From Trichoplax sp. H2 (lineage: Eukaryota): a DNA stretch of 64,000 bases. This document shows positions 1 to 14,374 of this stretch, in pieces (the first letter of the stretch is position 1; every line of letters starts with the position of its first letter). Position numbers and translations under genes: made by a program. Location: positions 1-64,000 of the forward strand of contig NOWV01000026.1 in NCBI GenBank assembly GCA_003344405.1, in the 5' to 3' direction. The notes under the pieces are model-generated. The model saw nothing but the letters and a program-made list of their open reading frames with translations, did no database searches and was not told where the DNA came from.

Positions 1-278
1 ATACCTGTGAATACTCGTATATTTAATGAATTATGAAAGATCTACTATACTTATTACTAATAAAACCTATAAAAATGAGTATCAAGTTAACTGCACTTCT
101 TATGATGGATGATACAACGATCTACTTTGTCAGACTAACTACTGAGCAGTCTCCTTTGGAATAGTTCCATGCTTTGCACCAGGTAAAAGCGATCGTAGAG
201 GACTCATGATACCAAAAACGAAAATTAATTAACAAACTATGTTCCAAATCAGTATAAAGTTTAATCATTAACACTAAC

Positions 279-339
279 CATCTCTACTAGTACCCATTAG
301 TTGATCTAGCAGCTTCCGAACATGTTCATGCGCTGACAT
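279..339 (-). CDS. LUC7L: LUC7-like U1 snRNP-associated splicing factor, first coding exon; gene continues off the left edge
   Basis: Minus strand ATG at 339 reads MSAHEHVRKLLDQLMGTSRD(G), matching the LUC7L/LUC7L2 N-terminus (MSAQAQMRALLDQLMGTARDG). The 61-nt exon is followed by a GTTAGT donor. A probable acceptor (CACAG) lies at positions 5-9. Confidence 0.9.
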
Positions 340-382
340 GATGCTTTACTGGTCCTTTGATTACAGTTTATGTTATCTACGT

Positions 383-1165
383 GTACAGTATGTGTTTTTA
401 TATTTATATTTTTATACTGTACTGTATACTGTACTGTACTGTACATACTCGTGTATTTTAATGACTCTTATGGTTACAGATCTACTGTATGTACAGTATG
501 TAGAGCACAAGCAATTGAAAGTCAGAGCTTTTTGTAACAGTACTGTACAGTACTACAGTATACTGTGCACTTTGTACAATGTACTGTACAGGCTAGCGTT
601 ACTACTGTACTGTACAGTACAGTACTGTACAGTGCGGATTGTACTGTACGGTACAGTGTGAACCAGTTCGAATCAGAGTACTTTAAGGTACCCTAAAATC
701 ACGAGTGTGAATCAAAATGTAATAAGAATTATACGAATATAAAGCTAAATAACTTGGCTTTTTAATTTAATTGATTAAAATGAGGTTATTAGAGCAACTT
801 TTACGTAATATTGTATTAAATTCCGAATTTTCTGCAGTACTAAGTAAAAAACATGGAAATCTAACCATCGCTCCTCCCAGGGTAAGATATCCTATAGTAC
901 AGTATACAGTACGTACTGTACAGTACTGTAGGTTTGTAACACATGGACTTCTAAAGAGAAAAAGTCCCCGCTACAGTACTATACTGTAATACTATACAGT
1001 ACAGTACAGTACAGTACTGTACACTACACTATACTGTACAGTACTCGTACAGAGTACTGTACTGTACAGTACGGTACTATTGTACCGTACACTGTACTGT
1101 ACTGTACGGTACACTGTACAGTCGTGTATAAAACTTTAGTACTGTGTATACTGTATAGTACTGTA
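383..1165. repeat. TACAG/TACTG pentamer palindromic array in the LUC7L/YPEL5 divergent promoter (blocks at about 383-660 and 896-1165)
   Basis: Dense runs such as tactgtacagtactacagta and (tacag)n at 996-1019, with many TGTACA/AGTACT palindromes. Confidence 0.92.
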
Positions 1166-1337
1166 TGCCAACTGCAGTATAATTACGCTGTAGTGTAACT
1201 TCATAACCAACGAATGCCGCACGGTCAAGACGGAATCTATTTATTTTCTTTTTACAGTACTGGAGTAAAACTTTAAAACTTAAAACTTTCCCGTTTACCA
1301 TCATCTGAGTCTCAAGTGCTTGCATCAAGTATTGGTT

Positions 1338-2898
1338 ATGGGACGAACGTTTCTAGAACATCCTGGTGGGACTCGGTTATACTCGTGTGGTACATGTGAT
1401 ACTATATTAACGAATAAGGCAGAATTAATGTCGACGGTAATAATATTATATGTACACTAAATACAGCAGATGACAAACACAAATTTTTATCGGAGTTTTG
1501 CTATACTGTACTCAACTTAAGATACTGTCATAGCACGTTGCGAAAAAGAGAATTTATTCGCTACAATTAATTGTAGCATTTATCCCTCAAAACGAACGTG
1601 ACACGGAAGATATTGTGGATCAAATCCTGACTTCTGTTGCAATACGAATTTTAGAACATTATAAATAAATGCTATTTATAATGTATAGACTAGCAGTACC
1701 GTGATATCTTCAGCAATGCTGTGGGGATGTTGCTAGTATCTAGTAATTGTAAAGCAAAAGTATACTATAATGATGATTAATTGATTACGTATTCTGCATG
1801 TAGTACAGTACTGTACAGTACAGTAGAGTATTTGTAGCATACTAGTTAGTATGCGAGTATCTTACTTTAAAAGTTGGACATATTACGGTACTTATTGCGA
1901 TACTATTTGTGCAGTAGATGGACAGATTATATTATATACTGTACATTATTTGTTAATAGCGTAAATTCTATTGCAGAGATTCACTGGGGCTACCGGAAGG
2001 GCTTATTTATTTAATAAAGTGTAAGTTTTTTAACTTTGAGATGGTGCTTTTTTAAGACATAATAAGCGTTCCTGAAATTTCAAAATATACAGTACAGTAC
2101 AGTTTAAACAGTAGTTACAGTATAGTCCATTGTGTAACCAATTCATACAGTAGACTTATGATTGAATTCTCAAGAAGAAAATATACAGTACAGTAATGTG
2201 ATTTCGACTATTAATCATGCTTAGCGACTCGCAGTTCGAATGAAATGAGTTCTAGTACTGTACAATACTATTGACGCCTTGGCTAACGCCAAGTCGAATG
2301 ATTACTAGTGCTTTCGCTATCTAGCTATTGCTTCAGCCTATTAATGGCAACAATGCGACTACTTTGTATTTCTACAAAAATTAGAGTCAATTTAAATTTT
2401 AGTGAAGTTCAAGACAGAGAAATGGTATGTACAAAATAATAGTAGTTATTGTAACCCTATACATGTCAAAGCCATAATAGATGGTCTAACCCCATAGCTG
2501 ACTGGACGTCATAAAGTGCGCGATGTACTATGTAAGAACTGCAACACGAAACTAGGCTGGATATACGTAAGTTGTTATAATTTAGCACGCTGTAGAAAGC
2601 TTGGCCAACAAAATTCTGAGTCGCTCATTTCCTATTACAGGAATTTGCAAACGACGAAAATCAACGATATAAGGTAAGTTGTGCCATTTCTACGATGCGT
2701 TAAGGTAGTAGTTTACAGAGATCGTTTTAGCTATTCAAAAGCGCTTGGCTCGAATTTCTAACCACTACAGCAAAAGCAGTCATTGCTTGGCCTTAAAGTT
2801 CTAGAAAATTTTTATGATCATTGTATTTATATTAGGAAGGTAAGGTTATACTGGAACGTGCTCTAGTACAAGAAAGTCAAGGAATGGAAGAATCTTAA
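1338..2898 (+). CDS. YPEL5: Protein yippee-like 5 (CTLH/GID complex subunit), 6 coding exons
   Basis: Exons 1338-1436, 1977-2020, 2385-2424, 2498-2566, 2641-2673, 2836-2898 with GT-AG boundaries give [115 protein letters not shown], with two CxxC Zn motifs. Near-identical to YPEL5. Confidence 0.97.
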
Positions 2899-3846
2899 TT
2901 GTCATCCAAAAAGTTTTTTCAAATAATGAGAATTACTTGCAGTTATTTCCAATTTGAAGGAGTCTTTGTATTATTAAGTATCTGTAATTAATTGCAAAGC
3001 TTGTGATAATTTTTAATTCTTATTCGAACTGTATTAAATACATGTACGAGGATAGTCGATAGTGCGCAATATTTAATTACATTCTTAGAATCATTACTAT
3101 TCCTGTATTGTTCAGTACTAATCATAAATTATGATTACTAAGAGACCTCGGAATTTGCACCTTTCGTAACTAGAATTCTATAACACTATTCCAATGTCCT
3201 ATATAATTATAAGAAAATTTTGTATTTGTGAATACAATTTATTCGTTAATATATTACATTATCTGTTTCATTAATGAGATAAACCATATCGTTTGCTTTA
3301 ATAACCGTAATCACAGGAATATTTTATTATGCAAGGAAACGAATTATTTGTATTTACTTACAGGAAGAATATGTGTATGCTGTCTGATAGCTAATTGTAC
3401 AGTACAATACGTAACATACAGTAGAAATGTACGAATGCATGAATAGCGAAACGCAGTATAGAAATGCTGGTAATTTTATACGCAAGGTCCTTTAACTCAA
3501 CAATCCAGCAAAGGTTAACGTTTGTGCGAATCTGATTTTTACCGGCACATCGTAGTCCTAAAATTTAGAAAAGTCCCCATCGGAAGGAGAAACACTATAA
3601 TCTGAGCTAGCAGAGTCGAATTGTCCCGAAATTTTCACATTACGATGAAAACTAAGCTATGTGAATCGATTACAGAAACGCATAAATCGTTAGCTCTAGC
3701 GTGTTTAATCAATAAAGTCTATTCATATAAGTACGCACGTAACGAATTGCAGTAGAAAGGATATGAATGTTTAAACCAGGCTATGTTGACAATGGTAATA
3801 CGTCGTCAAAATCACCATATTCGAGTTACACAATCGAAGGGCAAAG

Positions 3847-6800
3847 CTACGTTGACCAAAGTTTAAATGTCCTGTCGTAGCAGGAGGTCACGTAGTATTT
3901 ACCATCTGTAATATTAAATGACAACTTCAAATCACGATTACATGAACAGCAATCTGAATTGAAACGAAGCAAGCATTTATTTACCTGACGATATATCTAA
4001 GCACATCAGTTTATCATCATGACCTGTAAGCGTCTGAAGAGGCGACCAACCTGGATTAGACCAAATCTACAGTATACGTAGATGAGCAAAATTGCATAAT
4101 TCATACGAAGTACAGCTAAACTGTTACTCTAGCAATCTGAAATTAAATTGCAGTTATGTAAAATACCTTTGCCGTTTTATCGTATGACGCAGACATTAAA
4201 TAATTGCGGTTATCTATTAGGACACAAGTAGCAAATATCGCGTTACAACAAGTGTTAAGCTTATTTCATAGCCAGCATTCAGAAACTAGAAGCTTACTTT
4301 CATATTTTACGAAAGACACGAGCCCGCTATGAGCAGGAATTGTATATATGGTTTTTCTATTTCTTAAATCCCAAATCCTTACAGAATTGTCTGCACTTGC
4401 TGTTGCAACTTGGTATCTTAACAAATTTACGTCATTTAATATTAGCTAGAAGACAATGTGATTTTTAAGGCAAAATCAATATTTCTAACCCATCTGAAGC
4501 TGAATCTATGGAAAGTACGCCCTTGAGATGGCCCTCTAATAGGATAATGCAGCGACCCGATCTTAAATCCCAAACTCTTCCGTATGCATCTAGACCACTG
4601 ATCATATTCATTGTCCGTACATTATAATTAGTGGTAAAGCTTTACAAGAGCAATTCATATCTAAACAATATAAATATCTTTTTAACCCGCTAAAGCAGAG
4701 ACTACCATCAATTTGAAACGCTAAGCAATAGACTTCTTTCATGTGTCCTTCCTGAAAAAAATATTTTGACTTCAATGACAATACAAAAATAAATAAAGTA
4801 ATAAGGATAATTGTAACCTGATGCAGTACTTCCTTGTCAGCTTCTAAATCGTAGAGTCTCCATGAATGATCGTAACTAAAATGTAGACGCAGAAAGTAAG
4901 CATTATAATTATTAACTTGCAGCGGCAAGTACCATTAGACAACAATGACTATTACTCAATTATTACAGCATATTTTTTTACCAAGCAGATCCTAAATATC
5001 TACCAGATGGATGATAACATATTCGAGAAACTCGCGTCGTATGAGTGCTTACATTTCGAATAGGAGTATCACTGTAACAGTGAGGTGAAATCTGATTGTT
5101 AAAACGCGAACACTGGATTAGTGTAACGTAGATAAAAGTAAGTTACCTTTCTAACGACCAAAGTTTAACTGATCCCTCAGCATCGCATGATGCCATACAA
5201 GCTGACTTGGAAGATAACGTGAGAGTTGCCTGGGGATGAAAAACAATAGCGCCGATTCTACTGTTATGTCCTATTTTGGTAGGGAGATAAAAATATGGAT
5301 GAATAAAACAAAAGCATATCTGATCTTTTATTAGTTAACTAGTAAATCTTCAGTGCTTGCCTCTTAAAATTCCGACCTGTTCGCAATGCGGTACACTCCA
5401 CAACTTGCAAAGTCCAGACCTTTTTAAAGATTCCAAGAATATATTTAATTACAAACTGTAAACATACAGTAACACTAATAAGTATATCCAGATCAAGCAC
5501 TAAGGCATATGCAGCCATGATAACTTTTTTAAATGGGCTCTGTACTGCAAAATTCTAAATTATAGTATATACGCATGTTGATCTACATCGTACCATGACC
5601 CAGTCGCAACATATTGGCAATCCGGCGAAAATTGACAAAAGGAAATCGGTCGACAGTCACCGATTTGACTACAAAAAATAGTGGTTCTCTGCCCGTGAAA
5701 ACCCAGATTGGAGAGTCTTTAGGTTAACTTAAAGTCATTCAGTGCACATTATAATGGTATCAGATAAAGCTACGATTGATGCAAAGCAAAATTATCCTCT
5801 CGTCATGTACGTAAACCTACACCTAGTCTCTTATATAATTCCTGTGCCTTGGCAGCTTTGTCAGGATCAGGCTTTGCTCTTTCAATGCGTGCAGCCTTGA
5901 GTCGATCTCTAGCTCTGTAGCATTTAAATTGATTATATAGATTAACGAAAGGCAGTTACCTTTTCAATTTATATATACAACTTGATACAATTTAAAAAAC
6001 ATAGCGCATTTGCCTCTTCAGAGAGTATAACGCAATATGATGTCTGGCTGGTGCCAAAGAGTCCGGACCTTCATGATACCAGACATCTCTAATCTACAGT
6101 TGATGTTACAATTTAAGTGAAGAGATGTGAAAAATCGACGTTAAACAGCAGCTGCTACAATAATAAGTTTGCATACTGTATTACCTGACTACTCTGTGAT
6201 TCATTCGCAGGTTCCTGTATAACACGATCCACGACGGTATCTACGAATTTAAAGTTTAGGTATCTTACCTATACTGTGAAAGAATCTTAATCCTAAAATG
6301 AACCATTACGTAACGAAGTTACCCTGTTGCGCATAAATTTCACGCAATCTATTTCGCCTTTCAGATGGTCCTTCGCCAAACAGACCTGTAGGCAATGCAG
6401 TCACCATTTTATATATAAATTTGCGTAGTACTACATTACATAATACAAGAAAACGATTTCGCGAAAAGGTATCTCACAGATAGGCTCCCCAAGTTCGCGT
6501 AGCCGCGCTTTTACTTCGGAATCGTCAGTAGGAACGACCACGGATCGGACCTAAATTATAAAATTGCTACGCTATATTAAGTTGAATTTATATATTACGT
6601 CTTTACTGCATATTTAAATATGTACACTTTCGTGAAAGTACGCGTAAATTGCAAAAGGCTTAGTAAATATCACTCATTCTGAATCTATTACTGATTGAAT
6701 TTCGTTGCTTACTGTATATACTAGTATAAGCAAAAAATGCCATTGCTTTCATCATACTAAAAAACTTAGTGATCTCAGTGAATAAAAATTACACAAATTG

Positions 6801-7302
6801 CTTCAAAACTGAGTATGACTGCAGACCTTTTTACGACGCTCGAACTCAGCCAAAAGTTCAGTTTGGCGGTCATCCTTTCCGTGTTTAAATTGAAAAGTCT
6901 TGCCTAAGCAGGCATTAGTTATTAAATTATGAAAGTTTGTCTTAACGTTATAAAAAGCTTCATAAAATTGAAATAGCATCACATCTCGCTGTAGTGTAAC
7001 ACAGTGTAATATTACGCGTATTACAGTGCTGTACCCTCGTGTTCATTGTATGTACTGTACACTTGTACAGTAAATAGTAGTAGTACATACAGTATTACTA
7101 ATTAATATTACTAATAATGCCGCTAAACAAGTTATGTTAACGAGCAAGGTCCTACAGTACCTTCAGAAACGTGAATATTGCTAGTATCGATTTCTTCCTC
7201 CCTTGCTGATGCAGTGTTAGCATCTGCTAGTGAGTTTGCAGTCTCTTCGCTATTTACACCATTACGAATCGAATTCGTCAAAATTTCAGGGTTTGACGAC
7301 AT
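3847..7302 (-). CDS. PRPF4: U4/U6 snRNP protein Prp4 (WD40 repeat), about 17 exons
   Basis: Spliced translation contains [85 protein letters not shown] and C-terminal [28 protein letters not shown]...[13 protein letters not shown] at 7302, stop at 3847-3849. Confidence 0.95.
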
Positions 7303-7409
7303 TATTGGCAGCAGTCCTTGTTATTACGACATGCAAGAAAGCAGGAACTTGCAACCAACAAAGTGAGTAGCAGTGGCGAGTAGAGAGTTGAGTAGCGAGC
7401 ATAAAAGGC

Positions 7410-7755
7410 ACAGTAAAGTACTGTACAGTACAGTAAGTCATGTACAGTACAGTACTACAGTATAATGTAATTGTACTGTACAGTACTGTACTGTACGTCA
7501 AGCGAAAGGATCGACTATAGTGCTACAGTACTGTACAGTACAGTACACTGTAAGTACTGTACTCTACAGTGTACAGTACCGTACTGTACACAAACGTGCT
7601 GTCTAAAATGTTGCGTAAAGCCCGCCGAAGCACCGACAAGACCATAAAAGTTTCGAAAAATCGAGGAGGTACTGTACTATACAGTACAGTACTGTACGTG
7701 TACTGTACTGTACAGTATGGTACTACTGTACAGTACTACGAAACGTACAGTACAG
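7410..7755. repeat. TACAG/TACTG pentamer array in the PRPF4/clathrin light chain divergent promoter
   Basis: Two blocks (about 7410-7590 and 7670-7755) of tactgtacagta-type repeats. Confidence 0.92.
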
Positions 7756-7889
7756 GGCCTGAGCATTCAACTAACCTTTGAGCATGAGCATTAGCTTCTG
7801 GACTGCATCGCGCACGCACAGTATACTGTAGCTCTCTCTCTCTGTCCCTTCGATTTTGCTTCGTAGAATCGCGAACTCAGAATCTAGCA

Positions 7890-10539
7890 ATGGCGGACTT
7901 GATTACTACGGACGAATTCAATCCTGCACCATCTGATGATACTCAAGCCGATCCTGCGGCAGAATTTCTGGCACGTGAAGAAGGAGAACTAGCAGAACTG
8001 GGTGTCGATAGTTTTAATCAGGCTAGTGAACCTATTCACTAATTTAATCTTAAGTTAATGCTGCATTGCAAACTGGAATTAATTCATCGACGGCCATTAT
8101 ACTAAGACGTATTTGTTCAATACCTAAACTCAAGTAACAGTCAATACATACGAGTATTTTGTAGCTACAGACGTGACAAATTCTGAACATACCTTCTGTA
8201 TATACGTATATAACATGTATAAATAATGCGCTATTAAAAGCAATACTAATAAATTCCTTTTTACTTTAACAACTAATAATGACCCTGTAGAATCCTGAAA
8301 CGAATCTTTTAAATGGATCAGCTGAAGTAACATCGACAATCGAAACAGGACCATCAGACTCACCTAAAGTCAGTAAAGTGTTTTCTTTTTCGTATTGTAC
8401 CACCACCTAGTCCGAATACAAAAATGTTTGTTAAAAGCATGTATCATGTATCATGCTACTCTTAGACTAAGCTCTGATATTCTCCTAATTTATCCTAACT
8501 TGTCAATCCTTTTAGAGTACAGTATTTAAGTTAAAGATCAACGTAGTAGTTACTGTGCTATGTTCCGAAAAAATTTTTTTTCCGATGAGCATCTACAGTA
8601 TAATACTGTGCACTGAGAATCATACCGATTTGAGTCCCTCGTGAGCTCTGGCGAACTGTAATTCTAGATACTTTGCAAAGTATCTATGGCTTTAACTGTA
8701 ATGAATTGCTGTAAATCAGATTCTGAAGTACAAAGTAACATCACTTCAAAGTTTTCCCCTTAGGAAGTCCTATCTCTGTCTACGCTGTACAAATTGTAGT
8801 AGAAATTTGTCTCTGTGAATATTGATAGCATCAAGTATTAATTAATATTAATATTCGAAGAACCCGGTTTTTACTGCTATACGTGTAGCGCTTAGCAGAA
8901 CTCCTGAATATACAGTGTTTTAATGCCGATATTGCTGATCGGATCAACATGGATATCCGACTCCTACAATATTAAATGATTTTTGCCTCTAGATCCAGAT
9001 TCAAAGCATTGCATTGAACCTTGCATAATTATGGGCCTCTCCATTTAAAATCTTATATAAGCCCTAGCCGTAAGATCAAAACGATACACTTTACAATCAG
9101 TACAGTACACAGTGTTTAGACCTCAGTGTTCACCTCTTAACTTCGTTAGAACTCTGTACAACTGAGAAAAATGTCTCTCTTCATCTAGTTAGCGAAATAT
9201 GATAGTAATTACGAAATAACAGCACAAACCGTCCTATTAATTTGTAAGCTCAGCTTGATAAAATTTTTCATGCATGATTGTACTGTATATTTACTGAATG
9301 ATCTACATAACGACTTTTAAAAAAATTTCGTATTTCCTCATAAAAACGCCGTAATTGGGCGTGGCACTAAATTACCGTAAACGAATATTAATCCGGTCAT
9401 TTTACACTACTTTCTCGCTTTGATGGAAAACGGAACATATAACTATATCGAGTGTTCCTAATGTGGCATAGCTTTCGATTTTAGCTGTAAGACACTTAGA
9501 CTAAAATGACTCACAGGACTTTATACTTTGAATGTCCATGCTGTAAAGCAATACTGCAATTTTTGATTTAAATGTACTGTACTGTATAGTGCTAGTATTT
9601 ATCTACATATGTGCTACATTTTATATTGGGCAACTAAATACCTTTAAAACGCTTCTACTAAAGGTATCTTTCCTGATTATATCAGTACATCATTTGTGAT
9701 ATTGGTAAAAATTTTATTTTATAAACTGTAGACTGTAGACCCTTATGCTGATGTTGCTGAAGCTGATGTTATAGCAGCAGAACCAGAGTCAATAAGGTAA
9801 TGTAACCACCAAATCAGACCTATTTGCTAAATTCATAATTAATAACCATATTGTCCTTATCAGCATTTCAGCTCATAGCCTTTTATTAATATATGTATTA
9901 TGCAAAGGTTGAGCATCGAAATGCTATAATAATATTTCAGTTGATAACTTCTTCAATTCTGGTTCTGAATTGCAGGATTTAAGCATTGAATATATTTAAA
10001 ATACCTTATAAAAAATGTTATTCTTGAGGCATATACTTTCTAGCATGTACTAAATTATCATTGTTGAACCTAGAAAATGGCGGGAAGAATATGCTAAGAG
10101 AATTGAAGAAAAGGATGAGAGTGCTCGCACTGAACAGCAAGAGTGGAAAGATAAAGCAAAAGAAGAAGTTGAAGAATGGTATTCGCGACAAAATGATCAG
10201 AATGACAAAATTAAGAAATCTAATAGGTAGATAGCTTACAGCTGTTGTATCTGCTTTCCATCGCTTAACAATAAGGCTCTGCATTATTTATTCATGAATT
10301 ATAATAATAGAAGGTATTAATTGATTCTTTAAATTAGGGAAGCGGAAGAAGCATTTGTGAATGAGCGTGATAGCATTGTACCTGGCCACGAATGGGAGAA
10401 AGTCGCAAATTTATGTGATTTTACTAGTAAAAGCTATAAATGCACGAAGGATACATCTCGAATGCGTTCAATTATATTACAACTCAAGCAATCTCCACTG
10501 AAGCGAGAAAGTAAAGCCCTTTGCGCTAGTGCGGAATAG
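7890..10539 (+). CDS. CLTA: Clathrin light chain, 5 exons
   Basis: Exons 7890-8021, 8291-8368, 9732-9796, 10074-10226, 10338-10539 encode DPAAEFLAREEGELAELG, DPYADVAE...EPESIRKWREE and WEKVANLCDF...KDTSRMRSIILQLKQSP, all hallmark clathrin light chain motifs. Probably pre-duplication, i.e. co-ortholog of CLTA/CLTB. Confidence 0.95.
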
Positions 10540-13500
10540 AGAATTTTGACGTAACTACATTACGTTTTCAACTTCTGATTTGTATGGATCTTGGGAGAGA
10601 AAGCAGATATTATGAATCAAAAGCTGACGAAGTTGTAAAGTAGTTCAAACGCAGATATTTAGCTAGCTGCTGTAGATATAAGGATTTTTGCTTCTCTTGA
10701 ATCAGTATTTTGTCGAAAAGGCCTCAAAGACTATGATAGCAATATGCTTTATTTTATGCATTAGCCAAGGTAAAATCATCCTGTATTTAGCTCGTTACTC
10801 ATTGTGTTAACGTACATATTTCGTTGTGAGTGCTTTTATATTGCTGTATCATAAAGTACAGTAAAATTGGTAATAAACTAATTTACACCAATAAAATAAA
10901 CATACTGTATGTACAGTATGTTTAATCGCAGTAAGTGCATGTACACTATGTATAAGCTTTACTGACGGAGCCAAAGTCAATAGCACGGCGCATCGTGGAA
11001 TAGCAGCCCAATAAGAATGTTATAAGACGTTTCCTTAATACAGTACAGTACACGTACATTTCTAGCCACGGACTTTCAAGACAATCTAAATCTAAGAGAA
11101 TTTCTCTTACAAGCCCTGGTACCAGTTTCTGTACTGTACGTAGTAATTAATCTAGTTATCTAACGATGTAAATATTTAGTGATAGCGTTAAATCATACTT
11201 CCAGAAGATAACTGTTTCAAAGTTCGAGCCATAAACTGCAAAACTTGGAGTTTGCATTAGTCTAGTATTCTGAGACTGTATTTGTAAGTTATAAATTTAT
11301 CAGGTTAAAATCTCGCAATCCATAGTAATTGCTTGTATAGATGGGTTCTGTATACTGAAAATGATCTTATAACTGTTATGTAAAACATGTACACTTTCCT
11401 TTAGGCTAACGAGTATTTAGAGGTTCGTAATCTTAACACGGAACACACAGTATACTGGTAGACATGACTCCTCTGCAGCAGGAGCGATGAGCAATTTTTC
11501 TTACCGATAACCGTAACAAGATAACATAGTTGACTGTTAAATCCTATGTGCGTTCTAATTCTCGATCGCAATAATGATCGCTTCGTAGAAACTATTTCGT
11601 TCTTCGCTGCATCATTACAGTATAACTATCAAAATATATTACAAGTTAGTTGTTCATGATAGTAATGCTTGAAACATAAAGGCAGGAGTTAGGATTTACT
11701 ACCCAACATGCTTCGTAGTACTTATGGTACTTATCGTCCTACAGTAAACTACCAAAATTTAAAGCGCATTACACTGTATTCCGTACGCTAGACACTATAA
11801 AAAGACCCCCAATTCTTAGAGATAAGATAAGGCTTTAAATATACAAACTGATCTTTAACTATCGATCTAACTCATACTGCGGTAGCTTACAGTACACAAT
11901 AGACTTACAAATCGTAAAGGTTCATTTTACGAAATTACTGAAACATAATAATCTTAAGCAAACTTGTAGTTCATATGTTCACATGATTCTATAAAGAATA
12001 TAAAGAACTATGAATTACTAATTGCATTAGTACATCTATCGCATGTTAATCAGTCAGAGTGATGATTTGATGTCCGAATACAACTGCGATTGAATGTACT
12101 GCACGGCAGTATACTTCTGTTTATAGTCCAGTAGCCAATTACTTCAGTTTGAGAAAAGATTGAATTTCAAAAATATTTAATGGCCTGCTTTATGATTTTA
12201 GGAATATTAATGGAGATAAGCGGAATAATCTAACCAATTTCAAAACTTAGATTTATAACATAATTACACATATACATATATAATCCTAACATTACCAGTA
12301 ACGTATATATAATCAACATTGATTTACATGGAAATATTTGATCCGAAACAATGTTTTTGAAAATTGTTTAGCTTAGAGGCAATTTAAACAGTACAAATGG
12401 CCAAAAATTCCTCCGAAATATAGTATCATGTCGTACAGTATTAATCGAAGAGGATCTAGTATCAGGCTAGATCCAAACAAATTATTATAGCGAATAAATT
12501 GAAAAATTTAACGTAGTGGATACTACAGTACCTTCATCAGTGAAGTGATAGGAAGTTAAGCTAGTTTCATACCAAAATGTGTATTAAACTGCACATTTTT
12601 ACAGTATCCATTACCACCTAACTTGCTATACAAAGCCAAAGCTTACATTAAATGATTAAACAATATAAATCATTACAATTTTAAGTGCAAATGGCTGGAC
12701 AGTCCGAGGTAGAGCTTTATCATCGAAACAACCTTTCAAAGGAATGCGTAAGCTCAATATGTGATGCCACAAATGCGTTACTATACAGTATACTATTATG
12801 TTTAACACAACCTTATTGAACTATTTAAGCATCAAGCTATTTGTCTCCAAATCCAACTGTATGAAGGATACACGTCTTATACATGCCATCTCTAAATACA
12901 TATCCACATAATACCATATTCGGTTGCAGTTCTGCATCTAAATATGATTGGAAGCACCACTTATTCATTACGTACGCGTATATGTAGATTCTAATAACGT
13001 TGTTCACTACATATACGAAAGTATCGAAAAGAATATAGGAAGAGTAAAGAATGTGAACTATGAACTTGTAAACCCTTTATCATGATAATAAAAGTAACGG
13101 ATGCCATGGAAACCGTTAGAGCATTACTTCAATATGAGTGCACTTAGTCTTGTCAGCTACTGTGGTATACTGGATGCTATACTGAATACTGCATATTACA
13201 TAGTGCAATGCACTGTCTCTGAGTACAGTGTATAACTTACTGTAATTTACTACATGTAAATAAACAACCTTCAGAAATCTGAAGAATCGAATCTTTTTCA
13301 AATGCATTACCGTATACGCATACGTATACTTCCATAGTGCATGCCATTCAAGATTGGCAGTGAAATAATTTTTACCTTCGCAGAAACTGCAGTAACTTTA
13401 ACTGGCTGTAAATGTCAATGTCAAGCATTAACTCTTACACAGGTAAATAAAAGAAGTAATACGGACTTACAGCAAGCTAAATAATGCAGTAAACTATTCA

Positions 13501-14374
13501 ACAGAAATTTACTTGTTCTCATGAGTGAATCTTTAATTTAACTACAGTCAGTAGTCTTACAATATCATATTCAAGCAACAATACTGCTATGGTATGAAGA
13601 ACCAACATATACTGTATACTAATTAGGTTAAAATTTTATAGAGAATGTATAGTCATGATTAGAAACTCTCTCAATTAAAACAATTTTACATGTTACATTT
13701 ATCTACGGATAAGGTAAGAGGGTATATTGAAATTAAGCAGTATAAATCTTATAGAATAGTAGCACGCACAGCTGGGTGTGGGAAAGTTGGCTATCCTACA
13801 AATAGTTCCCGCATTTTGTATTTGATTAAGAATTAAACCGATGCCACATCTTTTTATTATTTGCTAGTTCCTAATAAGGACAGTAACATGAGCTCTCGCT
13901 CAATTATGAAAACAGTCGGTCAAAAACTGTAAGTACAAGTATTAACGTTATTTTAAAATGATCTTTTCTCTTCTTTAATAACACAGCAAAGTTTTGAAGA
14001 TGGAATTCAAAGACAGAGTAGTCACTGTTAAATTCGGTCGTTTGCACAATGTACATTACGATACTTCTACAATATGAGATGACTGATACCAAACATAGTA
14101 TTTACGGTCCTTTCGTCTAATTACTTATTGGCATATTTAAAGTATGCAGTCCTAGCTATAATTTTACTGATTAATTAAAACCACTATTAATGGGCAGTAC
14201 GGATAACAAAACTTATTTGTTGCGTGCTGATAGGATCTTTATATCCTATTTTACAGATATACAGTAGGTTATTTTTATAATAAACTGCAAATTTGCGAAA
14301 TCAGACATACAGTTCGATTCTTATATTCTGCGTTGTGAAGCATATTACAAATATGCCAACCAAATAACTAAGAT

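Noticed and set aside
338..1328. Short Y/C/T/V/Q/S-rich ORFs (338-661, 771-989, 1077-1328; also 7286-7781, 21165-21629, 29572-29754, 56225-56598)
   Set aside because: They are translations of the stop-poor TACAG/TACTG pentamer arrays (YCTVL/YSTVQ periodicity) in promoter regions. They show no homology or coding signal.
3558..3660. Open 32-codon minus-strand stretch downstream of the PRPF4 stop as an extra exon
   Set aside because: PRPF4 already ends at the homologous C-terminus. There is no convincing donor and no recognisable homology.
12059..12125. Possible C/D snoRNA (GTGATGA box C)
   Set aside because: No properly placed CTGA box D or terminal stem.
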